In this document: in pieces, positions 22,081 to 31,439 of the stretch
How the letters are laid out: each line of letters opens with the position of its first letter
Position numbering within the stretch: position 1 is the stretch's first letter
DNA from: a virus
DNA length: 64,000 bases
IMG/VR virus record: IMGVR_UViG_3300025889_000087
Span: 32,110-96,109 of that record
Strand: one strand, 5' to 3'
The notes under the pieces: model-generated
Database searches by the model: none
What the model saw: only the letters and a program-made list of their open reading frames with translations
Told to the model about the DNA's origin: nothing
Position numbers and translations under genes: made by a program

Positions 22081-22428
22081 GTGCATCCATTCCTCGCCCG
22101 ATACCGGAAGGCGTTCGATGTCGTCATGGGCGCGAGCACACGTCGTGTGCGCGACTGGGAGGACATCATCAAGGAATTGCACGCCGATCGCGGTGCGCTG
22201 CTTGGCTCCGAGCGGTTCTCGGAGATGGGCGGTGTCGAACGTGCCCGCGCCCTTCGTGCGGTGGACGATGAAATCGCCTCGGCCTATGCGACCATCGAGG
22301 CCATTCTTCAGGACAGGGAGCGGGTGCTCCGTGTCCCACGTCGCTTCCGCCATCGGGCGCGTTCCATCAGAAGGAAAGCGATTCAGGCTGAGGATGAAGT
22401 GACCGGACTCAAGGTTGGTGATGAATGA
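22081..22428 (+). CDS. Hypothetical helical protein
   Basis: ORF with SD, coupled to the next gene. Confidence 0.65.
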   Translation: MHPFLARYRKAFDVVMGASTRRVRDWEDIIKELHADRGALLGSERFSEMGGVERARALRAVDDEIASAYATIEAILQDRERVLRVPRRFRHRARSIRRKAIQAEDEVTGLKVGDE

Positions 22429-22703
22429 TGCAAGATTGGGGTATTCGATACGAGAGCGACACGAGCGGCTTCATGCTGAGCCTGAGCGGACCGCTTGGAG
22501 GTGGTTGGCACAGTGCTCTCATGGAGGTGGATGGAGGATTGCTGAGCCCGGAGGTCGAAGCGGTCGCCCGCGAGATTTTGGAGGAACAGGGATTCTATCG
22601 CCCTCACGACAATTGGACGTGGGAACCCGTGAACACGGTCTACATGAAGAAGTCCACGATTTATCACGAATTGCGCGTTAGGAAGGTGCCGCAGGATGAC
22701 TGA
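22425..22703 (+). CDS. Hypothetical protein
   Basis: ATGA overlap. Confidence 0.65.
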   Translation: MMQDWGIRYESDTSGFMLSLSGPLGGGWHSALMEVDGGLLSPEVEAVAREILEEQGFYRPHDNWTWEPVNTVYMKKSTIYHELRVRKVPQDD

Positions 22704-22848
22704 GGATGTCCCCGTCCTGCCGGACATTTGCCCTGATTGCGGGCGTCCCATGGAGGAAGCAGGAATGCGCCTCTCGGTCCTTGACGGAGAGGAACGCCCG
22801 ATCCTGCGCTGCCCGCAGTGCCGCCTTTGGCAATTCAAGAAGGTGTGA
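22696..22848 (+). CDS. Small Zn-ribbon protein (50 aa)
   Basis: Manual translation MTEDVPVLPDICPDCGRPM...LRCPQCRLWQFKKV; below the ORF-track cutoff. Confidence 0.7.
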   Translation: MTEDVPVLPDICPDCGRPMEEAGMRLSVLDGEERPILRCPQCRLWQFKKV

Positions 22849-22850
22849 AC

Positions 22851-23486
22851 ATGCCCCTTCCTCCCCCCGATGAGAGGGACGCTGAATGGGCGTTCCGTTT
22901 GTGGAGCACCCTCGTGGTTCAGGACGAACGACGGAGCGGTGGTGTGTGGGACATGCCGGGTGTCGGTCGCTATCGGCGCATGGCTCCCGACCGCCTCACG
23001 CTCGTGGAGATTCACGGTGATGCTATGGAACCTGACGCCCTCGGCGTGTCCTTGATGGATAAGCACGATTGGATTAGCCTTCTCGGTGCCTTCATCGGTT
23101 GGACGGTGGACGCCGAGGTGGAGGTAATCAAGGCCATGGAGGACGCCGCCAACGCGGGCGAGCCCGCCTTGGAGCATATCGGGAAGGTCGCCGTCTGTCC
23201 CTCCTGCTCGCTCATTTACACGCTCCATGGACCACAGGCAGGAGAGCGGTTGTTCATCGGTGAAGAAGGTGAATGCCTCAACAGGAATTGCGAGGAAATC
23301 CTGCCCGAGCCCTTCCGCGGTGTCCTTTCCGTCGTGGACGATCGAGCCGCCATCGCTAAGATGGAGGCTGAGGAAATGTTGCGTATTGCGATTGATGAGG
23401 ACGAATACCCTGTCCCCGAAGGGTTCCCCGAACCCGACTTCCCCATCGTTGATGACGAACCGCAGGACGGAACGTCTGAGGAATGA
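22851..23486 (+). CDS. Hypothetical acidic protein with Zn finger
   Basis: CPSC...CLNRNC; start MPLPPP. Confidence 0.75.
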   Translation: MPLPPPDERDAEWAFRLWSTLVVQDERRSGGVWDMPGVGRYRRMAPDRLTLVEIHGDAMEPDALGVSLMDKHDWISLLGAFIGWTVDAEVEVIKAMEDAANAGEPALEHIGKVAVCPSCSLIYTLHGPQAGERLFIGEEGECLNRNCEEILPEPFRGVLSVVDDRAAIAKMEAEEMLRIAIDEDEYPVPEGFPEPDFPIVDDEPQDGTSEE

Positions 23487-23491
23487 GCACT

Positions 23492-23515
23492 TTCATATAC
23501 CCCATCCGGTGTGGA
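23492..23515 (+). promoter_or_regulatory. Conserved viral promoter/operator, copy 5 (leaderless to ATG 23522)
   Basis: TTCATATAC-CCCATCC-GGTGTGGA. Confidence 0.8.
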
Positions 23516-23521
23516 CGAACC

Positions 23522-24283
23522 ATGTCCAAGAAGGAGTTCGGCGCGTTTGTCGAGAACATGAGCGATGATGAATTGAGAGCCGTCACTGGCGTGGGTGCCG
23601 TCCTGCGCGATTTCGGCACGGCTATGGAGGCCGAGTGGCAAAGCCGCTTCGGTCGCCTGCTCAACGCCGATGAGCGGAAGGAGAACGGCGGAAAGCCGAA
23701 CGTGGTTGCGAATCCAGTCGTGGACATCGAGGTCCCCGGCATCATTTCCCTCATGCTCCGCCCCGGAGGGGACAACAACAAGACCCGCGGCAACGGCTAC
23801 GCCAACGACGTGGGGCTTTCGGACAAGGTGAAGACGGGGAACGTCCCACCCACCCTGCTCGCTGAGATCCTCGTGGACAAGATGGCGACCATGCTCGGCG
23901 GCAACATCGCTGCGAAGGCTCTCGTTGAATTGCAGGAGGCGCTGCGAGCCTGCATGAAGGTGGAGGACGGGTCCTTCACCTTCGACAAAAAGGCAGCCCC
24001 TCCCCTCCAACACCCCGTCGAGGTGGCCGAATGGATGGCCGCTCTCAAGACGGAGTTCGTCGGAACGACCGCAGGCGCAACGCACGTCAGCATGGAAGTC
24101 GTTCCCATCCCAATGTCCACCCGCGAAGAGGCCGTCGGCGTGCCGGAAGGCGGCGAGCACATCCCCGTGCCCGCCCTTGAAGGAGTCTCGGAGAAGGGCA
24201 TGACGGGGGGATTGAGTCCCTCAGACGCCGACGAGGGCGGCTCCCCCGTTCACGACGAAGCACAGGGCGTGGTCCTATGGTGA
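23522..24283 (+). CDS. Hypothetical protein
   Basis: Start MSKKEFG placed by promoter spacing. Confidence 0.75.
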   Translation: MSKKEFGAFVENMSDDELRAVTGVGAVLRDFGTAMEAEWQSRFGRLLNADERKENGGKPNVVANPVVDIEVPGIISLMLRPGGDNNKTRGNGYANDVGLSDKVKTGNVPPTLLAEILVDKMATMLGGNIAAKALVELQEALRACMKVEDGSFTFDKKAAPPLQHPVEVAEWMAALKTEFVGTTAGATHVSMEVVPIPMSTREEAVGVPEGGEHIPVPALEGVSEKGMTGGLSPSDADEGGSPVHDEAQGVVLW

Positions 24284-25698
24284 GGCAAATTGTTCTCGGT
24301 GATTGCATCGACCGGCTGATGAACGACGTTGAGGCAGGTTCGGTCGATTTGGTCTATCTCGACCCACCGTTCTTCTCAAACCGCCAATACGAGGTGATTT
24401 GGAAGGATCGCTTTGAGACCGCTTCCTTCCGTGACCGATGGGAGGGGGGCATTGAAACCTATGTGTCGTGGCTCGTGGACCGCCTGCGCGTGTGCCACCG
24501 TGTGCTCAAGGACACGGGCGTTCTCGTGTGTCATCTCGATTGGCACTCATCGCATTACATCAAGGTCGAATTGGACCGCCTGTTCGGCTATTCGCACTTC
24601 GTGAATGAAATTGTGTGGCGCAGGATTCAGGCCCCGAAGGGCATGAACCCCACGTCCTTCGACGTGGCCGACGACCGCCTTCTCGTTTATCGCAAAGGAG
24701 AGAAATACACCTTCAACGTGCAATACCGCCCGCTCGACAAATACGAGGTGGAGAAGACGTTCCCATCGGTGGACGCAGCAGGCCGTCGCTATTCGACACG
24801 CCCACTGATTGCGTCGAACACGCAGGGAGGAAAGAGCCCGATGTATGAATACAAGGGATTCACCCCGCCTCGGCGTTGGCTGATGACCGAGGAAAACCTT
24901 CGGGAAATAGATCGGAAAGGCCGCATCCACTGGCCTGATAGGGAGGGCGGACTTCCTCGGCAAATCCAATACGCCGACGAATCCAAAGGTAAGCGAATCG
25001 ACACGGTGTGGAATGACATCAAGCCCATTCCCTCTCAATCCAAGGAGCGCATGGGCTATCCGACTCAGAAGCCGCTCGCCCTCTTGGAGCGCATCATCAA
25101 GACGTTCACCACGAACGACTCACTGGTTCTCGACCCGTTCTGTGGTTGCGGGACCACCATTCACGCAGCCCACAGGCTGCACCGTAATTGGATTGGTATT
25201 GACGTTAGCCCCGTCGCCGTGGACCTGATGCGCCGCCGGTTGGTGGAGCACGAGAACCTGATGGCCGGACGCGACTTCACCATTGAGGGCATTCCGACGA
25301 GCGAGGACTCGCTGCTTGAGATGAACCCGACTCAGTTCGCAGACTGGTGCTGCCAACGCCTTGGAGGAACGCCGAACCCCGTTCGCGTTGGGGACATGGG
25401 CGTCGATGGATGGGACCGCGACGGCGACCCTATCCAAGTCAAGCAGCACAAGAAGGCCATTGGTCGCAACGTCGTGGACAATTTCAACGCGGCAATTCGC
25501 CGCGAGGGAAAGACGAAGGGCAGCATCGTGGCCCTGTCCTTTGGGAAGGGCGCACGGGGAGAAGCCGCACGTCTGCTTCGTGAGGAAGGGTTGGAGATCG
25601 TGTTGGTCGAGGCAACAGACCTGCTCAGCGAACAGGAGAAGTCCTTCCAAGAGTTTCTCAGCAACCACGACTTCGGTCTCGGACGGTGGGTATCGTGA
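24277..25698 (+). CDS. N6/N4 DNA methyltransferase (beta group) fused to an Mrr-like endonuclease domain
   Basis: YLDPPF, YPTQKP, LDPFCGCGTT; C-terminal GDMGVDG...IQVK...IGRNVVDNF. Confidence 0.88.
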   Translation: MVRQIVLGDCIDRLMNDVEAGSVDLVYLDPPFFSNRQYEVIWKDRFETASFRDRWEGGIETYVSWLVDRLRVCHRVLKDTGVLVCHLDWHSSHYIKVELDRLFGYSHFVNEIVWRRIQAPKGMNPTSFDVADDRLLVYRKGEKYTFNVQYRPLDKYEVEKTFPSVDAAGRRYSTRPLIASNTQGGKSPMYEYKGFTPPRRWLMTEENLREIDRKGRIHWPDREGGLPRQIQYADESKGKRIDTVWNDIKPIPSQSKERMGYPTQKPLALLERIIKTFTTNDSLVLDPFCGCGTTIHAAHRLHRNWIGIDVSPVAVDLMRRRLVEHENLMAGRDFTIEGIPTSEDSLLEMNPTQFADWCCQRLGGTPNPVRVGDMGVDGWDRDGDPIQVKQHKKAIGRNVVDNFNAAIRREGKTKGSIVALSFGKGARGEAARLLREEGLEIVLVEATDLLSEQEKSFQEFLSNHDFGLGRWVS

Positions 25699-25976
25699 GC
25701 GACGGAGGACGTTTCAATCAGCGCGTTGAGTGCCGAATTGATGCCTCCTTCACACCGGGAGAGGAAGTCCACCTGCTGACGCAGGACGCCCATGGCTCCC
25801 GCATCCTCAACGTGCGCGTCTATCGTGTCGCGCCTTCTGCACAAGGGCACGTCGGCTACACGAGGAAGGGCTTCTATCTCACCAAGGACGAGGCAATCGC
25901 ACTGCGTGATGCGTTGAACGATCTGATTGCCGACGAAGCCTTTGAGCCGTTCAGCATGAATGAGGTGAAGGAATGA
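25695..25976 (+). CDS. PC4-like ssDNA-binding / transcription coactivator-like protein
   Basis: ILNVRVY...GYTRKGFYLTKDEAIALRDAL matches the PC4/YdbC pattern. Confidence 0.7.
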   Translation: MSDGGRFNQRVECRIDASFTPGEEVHLLTQDAHGSRILNVRVYRVAPSAQGHVGYTRKGFYLTKDEAIALRDALNDLIADEAFEPFSMNEVKE

Positions 25977-26356
25977 CGGATGAGGAATTGGTGTGGGTCC
26001 ACCCGCAGACTGGTGAAGAATACCGCGAGGGTGATGTCGTCCCATGGGTGGACTTGAATGGGCTCCGGTCATTCAACGAAACAATTGTCAAGGTCAATGA
26101 CCCCGGCTTTGCGGGCATCGCAGTGGTTCGTGATGGACCACACCAAATACCAATGCCCGGTGATGCGGTGGACGACCCCGAAGCCATTGTTGGATGGATT
26201 GTCGATCCGCGAGCGGCGGAGGAAGGCGTATGTGCCATCGGCCCCGCTTCACAGGTGTGGCGTTGGGACTATGCTCGGCGTGAAGCAGCAAAGGCCATGT
26301 CAGTGCGTTTGGGTTCCATGGTGATGGACGACGACGACCCGGAGGATTGGTGCTGA
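25973..26356 (+). CDS. Hypothetical protein
   Basis: Coupled ORF. Confidence 0.7.
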   Translation: MTDEELVWVHPQTGEEYREGDVVPWVDLNGLRSFNETIVKVNDPGFAGIAVVRDGPHQIPMPGDAVDDPEAIVGWIVDPRAAEEGVCAIGPASQVWRWDYARREAAKAMSVRLGSMVMDDDDPEDWC

Positions 26357-26796
26357 TGGACCTTCAATTCCGAGCGGGGACCCCCGAATGGCGCGAGTTT
26401 TACTTTCTCCTTTGTGATGAATTGTTAGACGATCTCAACCTATCCGAAGCCATTGGTGATTATGCGAAGGACTTGTGGAGCGCGACTGTGCTCAAGGTCC
26501 CTCGCGCACCCCTCCCTCTCGTGGTTGATTGCGTGTATATTACCGCCAAGATGACCGGCAACCGGCGCAGCATTCGCGTCATCAAGAAAGCCACGGTGCG
26601 ATTGTGGGGTCGTAAAATTGACATCTTGCCTCTCGACAAGCGACGTGAGGAAAAACGGCGTTGGGTATGGGACAAGGAGCAAACCATCCGAAGCGTTCTC
26701 GCGCTTGATGATGAATTGTGGGACGACTTCGTAAGCGAATGGGCTCCAAACGGAGAGGAAAAAATCGTCGCTGACTCCTATTGGGAGGAAGAATGA
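26356..26796 (+). CDS. Single cyclin-repeat TFB/TFIIB-like protein
   Basis: LLDDLNLSEAIGDYAKDLW...RAPLPLVVDCVYITAKMTGNRRSIRVI resembles one TFB core repeat. Confidence 0.55.
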   Translation: MDLQFRAGTPEWREFYFLLCDELLDDLNLSEAIGDYAKDLWSATVLKVPRAPLPLVVDCVYITAKMTGNRRSIRVIKKATVRLWGRKIDILPLDKRREEKRRWVWDKEQTIRSVLALDDELWDDFVSEWAPNGEEKIVADSYWEEE

Positions 26797-28238
26797 TGCT
26801 CAGCGACGGGCCCTCATTTGCGACTGTGGCTGCCTCCTGTCGGCAGGCATACACTGGTGCAGTGCGGCCCGTCATCGTCCTTGAGCGAATCTTCAAACAC
26901 GCACCAAAGCACCACCCCATGCTCGTCCAATTCCTTTACGAAGACGGGCGGGTGGAGCAGCGACTCGGGGACGAGGACCTGCGCGAAATCTATTTGCATT
27001 TGACGGATGCTTACCCCGAGGAAGTGGTCGAGCAACCCGATCTCATTCAGGTCCTCGCAGACCTATCCCCGACGGAGCAAACCACGGTGGCCCTCGGCTT
27101 CATCATGGCCTCTATGCGGAGCCTCTATGCGGCAGACAACAACCGAACGCGGGCTATTGTCATTGATTCGCTCCTTCGTCGCATTTGCACACGGGACGCA
27201 TATTGGCTCATCATCCGTCTCACGCGAAGGAGGAATCCGTTCAACCGGAGCCATTTCGTTCGTGCTCTCGCAAATCATCACGAAATACCCATAGGCCGCG
27301 TCCGTCGTGAGGCCATGTTCACGCGGTTGGATAGGGTGGCTGAGATGTTGAGCACTGGGGCTGAGATGGTAGGTGTGCCGTCCATCGGTTCTCCGCTCAT
27401 CATACCCATGCCGAGGAAAACAACCGACCTTGGAGCGCAGGCATTCAGTGCAGACGTTGAGGTGTTGCGTGGCGAACGACTGACGGTTCACAAGACGAAA
27501 AACCTGACGACGATTATGGACGTGAACGGCGTTGAAGTCGGGGGCATAGACGGCTCCGAGGCATTGTTCCCACTGCTCCCCGATGGAGGGATCTATCTCA
27601 TCGAACGGGTGCCGCAGGATGACTTTCCCTTGTCTATCGTGGACGTTCTTCGATCCGTGGACGGTGTGCATGAGCAGGACTTTGTGGCTCGTCGGACGTG
27701 GCTATTCGACAAGTTCCCCCATTCACTGGTGAAGGACATGGTGTATATCGAGAACGAGAATCAAGCGAGGGCAGCCGTTCCTGCGCAGGCCGTCGCCTTT
27801 CTCCACTTTCACAACGGCCACCTTGGCTACGCAAGCGGGGCCGATGAAGTCGTGCGCTTCACCACAAAAAGCGAGGGTTTGGTGTTCAGGGTCATTTGCG
27901 GCATTTGGACCGAGGACCCCGCTCGTGGCCTGAGCCTCAGCCGATGGCGTATTGCTGCGCGTGATGGTCCCGATGGCTATTACGAGGTGGGAGATCTTGA
28001 GGCCGAGCCTGAAACGGAGAGGCGGCTCGCTCGCATGGTGGTTGATGGGAAAGCCACTGTCGGTGAGCAGGTCGTGATGAAAGGCCCGACCTTCGTTGAT
28101 GTGGAGGTTGTTCACGCTGACTTTGACGAGCGGGGACTCGTGGTGTTCGGGACGATTCAGAACATTGTTCCCAACGCAGGCATCAGCGACGTAGCGGGTG
28201 TCGAGGAAGTTGAATGGCTCTCGGGGGTGACGGTATAA
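26793..28238 (+). CDS. ATP-dependent DNA ligase-like protein, apparently catalytically degenerate
   Basis: Ligase-like architecture (helical DBD with DAYWLIIRL, nucleotidyltransferase region, OB fold with YYEVGD). Motif I reads EVLRGER rather than KxDGxR. Confidence 0.6.
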   Translation: MMLSDGPSFATVAASCRQAYTGAVRPVIVLERIFKHAPKHHPMLVQFLYEDGRVEQRLGDEDLREIYLHLTDAYPEEVVEQPDLIQVLADLSPTEQTTVALGFIMASMRSLYAADNNRTRAIVIDSLLRRICTRDAYWLIIRLTRRRNPFNRSHFVRALANHHEIPIGRVRREAMFTRLDRVAEMLSTGAEMVGVPSIGSPLIIPMPRKTTDLGAQAFSADVEVLRGERLTVHKTKNLTTIMDVNGVEVGGIDGSEALFPLLPDGGIYLIERVPQDDFPLSIVDVLRSVDGVHEQDFVARRTWLFDKFPHSLVKDMVYIENENQARAAVPAQAVAFLHFHNGHLGYASGADEVVRFTTKSEGLVFRVICGIWTEDPARGLSLSRWRIAARDGPDGYYEVGDLEAEPETERRLARMVVDGKATVGEQVVMKGPTFVDVEVVHADFDERGLVVFGTIQNIVPNAGISDVAGVEEVEWLSGVTV

Positions 28239-28603
28239 TGGACTACGACGACATCACAATGTTGCTCGCAGCCAAGCACGCCCGCTTCCGTATTTCATCA
28301 CGTCTGACAACGCACACGGCGACGGGCTACGACATTCGACCCGAATGTGTTCTGTTCGGGCGGCAGGAAATACCCGAGCGCGTGAGGGACATGCTCAGCG
28401 ATCATGGCCTCCCCGCTCAGAACCGATACACCGACGTGGCGCATCTTCAGCGGCTCCTTCGTATCTTCAAGGACTGGCGCGATTTCACAAAGGACCCCGA
28501 CGGCTTCATCGAGGTGCTTCATTTTTTGGGACGACTCCCTCCCCTCACAACGCACGAAGACGTGCTCGCGGCTTTGGAGGTGTTGGAAAGTGCATCTGTT
28601 TGA
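28238..28603 (+). CDS. Hypothetical protein with faint LAGLIDADG-like fold resemblance
   Basis: TAATG coupling; FRISSR...TGYDIRPEC. Confidence 0.55.
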   Translation: MDYDDITMLLAAKHARFRISSRLTTHTATGYDIRPECVLFGRQEIPERVRDMLSDHGLPAQNRYTDVAHLQRLLRIFKDWRDFTKDPDGFIEVLHFLGRLPPLTTHEDVLAALEVLESASV

Positions 28604-29162
28604 TGATGAACCGCGGGAGGTTCGGGATTGGTGGGTGGTCTGCCCCGGTGCAACACCCCCAATTCTCGCTACCGATGATGAATCGCTGAGCGTGTTTGAC
28701 ACAACCCGTGTCTTCCTTAGCGAATACGACAGGGAGAGGGTCGCCAGTCTGCTGAAGAACGGGAAGTGGCGGCAAATCTACATCGTGGAGACCCTGTTCC
28801 TGACCCTTCCTCAGAACCCCATATTCGGTATTGCGCTTTTGGAATTGTGCGAGCGCATTCCCCACGACCTGATGTCCGACATTCTCGCTCTCTCGCACAA
28901 TGGGACGGGGCGGCACCGCATTTTGTTCCCGCCTAAGAGGAATAAGATCACCCCCTCTTTGCTGAAGGCGTTCGGATTGCGTGGTTCTGAGGAAGAATGG
29001 GTGCCCGTTCTTGCAGAAAACGAAGCCTTCGTGCGCATGGTAGCAGGTGCAATCAAGCCCGAAGACTGGTCCAAAATCCCATTCAAGCGGGAGCAAATCA
29101 CGACCGCTTCGTTTAATACCCCAACCCCTGTGGGCGGGATGCAACCGGAGGAACGCGCATGA
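28590..29162 (+). CDS. Hypothetical protein next to the clamp loader
   Basis: GTG 28590 after GGAGGTG; coupled to RFC. Confidence 0.65.
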   Translation: MHLFDDEPREVRDWWVVCPGATPPILATDDESLSVFDTTRVFLSEYDRERVASLLKNGKWRQIYIVETLFLTLPQNPIFGIALLELCERIPHDLMSDILALSHNGTGRHRILFPPKRNKITPSLLKAFGLRGSEEEWVPVLAENEAFVRMVAGAIKPEDWSKIPFKREQITTASFNTPTPVGGMQPEERA

Positions 29163-30100
29163 CTCAACTTTGGCTCAAATACCGACCCGACACCATGCGG
29201 AACATGGTGGGCCTTGAGGCATTGAAGAAGGATTCAGCCTCTTGGGTCGTCGGTGGCAACCTGCGTTGCGGCGGCGTCATCTTCTATGGGAAGCCGGGGA
29301 CGGGAAAGACGACCGCTGCCCGTGCCTTCGCAAAGGACGCGCTCGGTTCGTCCTTTGAGGCCAATTTCCACGTCTTCAACGCCTCGGACGACCGAGGCAT
29401 CGCCTTTGTGCGCGACCGCCTGAAGCCTCTCGCTGAGCAGAAGGCCACGGGTCACGGCTTCAAGGTCATCAATCTCGATGAGGCGGATGGCCTCACGGTG
29501 GACGCGCAGGAAGCCATGCGCCAAGTCATCGAAACGACGAGCCCCCACGTCCTGTGGATCCTCACCTGCAACCGCGTGGGCCGTATCATTCCGGCTCTCC
29601 GCTCCCGACTCCCCTCGTATCAGTTCGGTGGGCTTGAGGGCGATGAGTCTGAAGCCTTCCTTGAGCATGTGATGCGCAGCGAGTCGTTCCCCGAACAGTG
29701 GATTACGCATGTTCCTGCGCTCATCAAGCACACCAACGGGGACATGCGGGCCTGCCTGAAAACGCTCCAAGTCTGCGACCCGAGCGACGATTCCTCGCTC
29801 ATCGTGATGCTCAACGCGAACCGCACGGAGGTCCACAACGTCCACGCCCTCGTTTGCGACAAACAGTGGGCGGTTGCGCTTGAGCGCATCGAGCACGTCG
29901 GCCCCATGGGCCGCGACGACTTCATCACTTCCTTCCACGACTCCATCATGCTTCGCCTGAAAGACGGGACCATCGAAGCAAACGTCGCGCTGCTGCAATT
30001 GCTCATCCTCGGGCAGTGGGCCGCGCGTTCCTCGGACTGGGTAGCCGGGGATTTCCTATTCCTCCGAGCCATGCTCGGGGATTACATGAAGAGGTGCTGA
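29159..30100 (+). CDS. rfcS: Replication factor C small subunit (clamp loader)
   Basis: WLKYRP, GKPGTGKTT, FNASDDRGI, LDEADGLT, ALRSR, GDMRACL. Confidence 0.95.
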   Translation: MTQLWLKYRPDTMRNMVGLEALKKDSASWVVGGNLRCGGVIFYGKPGTGKTTAARAFAKDALGSSFEANFHVFNASDDRGIAFVRDRLKPLAEQKATGHGFKVINLDEADGLTVDAQEAMRQVIETTSPHVLWILTCNRVGRIIPALRSRLPSYQFGGLEGDESEAFLEHVMRSESFPEQWITHVPALIKHTNGDMRACLKTLQVCDPSDDSSLIVMLNANRTEVHNVHALVCDKQWAVALERIEHVGPMGRDDFITSFHDSIMLRLKDGTIEANVALLQLLILGQWAARSSDWVAGDFLFLRAMLGDYMKRC

Positions 30101-30101
30101 A

Positions 30102-31439
30102 ATGAGCAGGGACATCGGAAATGCGTGCATGAAGGAAGCGGCTGAGATTCTCGGAACGGATCTCGCGGGGGCTGAATCAGCCTTCGGGTCGTGGATGAAC
30201 GAAACATTCCCCGAGATGTGGGAAGAGGCCGGGACGGTCGCGGGTCTTGATGATGAAGACTTCGACCAATTCGCTGACCTTTTCGTTCTCGCGGTTCGGC
30301 CCGTCGGCAGCGGCGGCGTCGGTGGCGGAAAGGGCGAAGTGTGGGTCGGGGCCTTCATCGGCTTCGACCGCCGCATCGACATGATGCGCCGGAAGCGCGA
30401 AATGGCGGTGGACATCGCCACCGCTGACTTGTCGGGTGCCATCAAGAACGGCTTCTCTTACAACGGGAGCAAGGTGGGCATCGGTCGCGCCTTTACCGCT
30501 GAGGGTGTGTGGCGCGTCGAGCACGGGTCGGGCATTTATGTCAGTGACCGACCTGCCAATGAGCGTCCTTCTTGGGTCATTTCCCTCAACGAGAAGGTGG
30601 ACATCGCCATGCTGAAGCCGGACAACACGCCGACTCTCGCATACATGGTGAAGAGCGTGTGGACCTTTCACGGCAACGCCCAAGAGAAGTTCCTTGAGGA
30701 AGGACCCATCACGATCAAGGTCGAGGGTCAGTGGGAAGCCGCTGAGCACGACTGGCGACTGTGGGAGCCTGTCTGCGTCAAGGGCGAGTTCGACCCCGAG
30801 GGGTGGAACGGGAGCGGGGCCACCCTCAGCATCAGCAATCCCGGTTCGGAATACGGCCTCGGTTGGGCACCGGAGCAAAACCGCGAAGCCCTCGCCAACC
30901 TGTTCAAGCCTGAGCAATTCCTCACAACCTGTGGAGATGCGCTCGTGAATCTTGGGGACCTGCTCTCCCACCACATAGAGAACCGCACGGGTTCTTATGT
31001 GGACCGCAACGGAGTGCAGCGATACGACGGTCCTCTCGTGGTTGTCGTGGGCGGAGTCATGGACGTGAACCACGAAGGCCGTGAGTCACAGTGGGACTCC
31101 ACTGGACGCGACTTCTACATGTCCGTGTCCAATCAGGTGCTCCGTCGGGAAGACCCGAACGCCCGCGTAGGCGTCAGCGTCTCCGGCCTTCACAACGACC
31201 GTTTCAACGCCTTGAAGGTGCTCAAGAACGGCGAATGGCTCCCTTATGCTCGCGGTTCCCGCGTGTGGATTGTGGGTCGCACTGACTCTTACACCAACAC
31301 CAACGGCGAAGAAGTGGTGAAGGTGCAGGCTCAGGGCATTTACGCGGTTCCCAACAAGTCCATTCCGGCGCAGAAGCCCTCGGCGGACGCAAACGATCTC
31401 GGCAGCCTCTCCGGCTTCGGTGTAGGGGGTGACGAATGA
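30102..31439 (+). CDS. Replication-module protein, probable OB-fold ssDNA-binding protein
   Basis: Position between RFC and the ATPase; beta-rich C-terminus (YARGSRVWIVGR); acidic tail. Confidence 0.5.
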   Translation: MSRDIGNACMKEAAEILGTDLAGAESAFGSWMNETFPEMWEEAGTVAGLDDEDFDQFADLFVLAVRPVGSGGVGGGKGEVWVGAFIGFDRRIDMMRRKREMAVDIATADLSGAIKNGFSYNGSKVGIGRAFTAEGVWRVEHGSGIYVSDRPANERPSWVISLNEKVDIAMLKPDNTPTLAYMVKSVWTFHGNAQEKFLEEGPITIKVEGQWEAAEHDWRLWEPVCVKGEFDPEGWNGSGATLSISNPGSEYGLGWAPEQNREALANLFKPEQFLTTCGDALVNLGDLLSHHIENRTGSYVDRNGVQRYDGPLVVVVGGVMDVNHEGRESQWDSTGRDFYMSVSNQVLRREDPNARVGVSVSGLHNDRFNALKVLKNGEWLPYARGSRVWIVGRTDSYTNTNGEEVVKVQAQGIYAVPNKSIPAQKPSADANDLGSLSGFGVGGDE

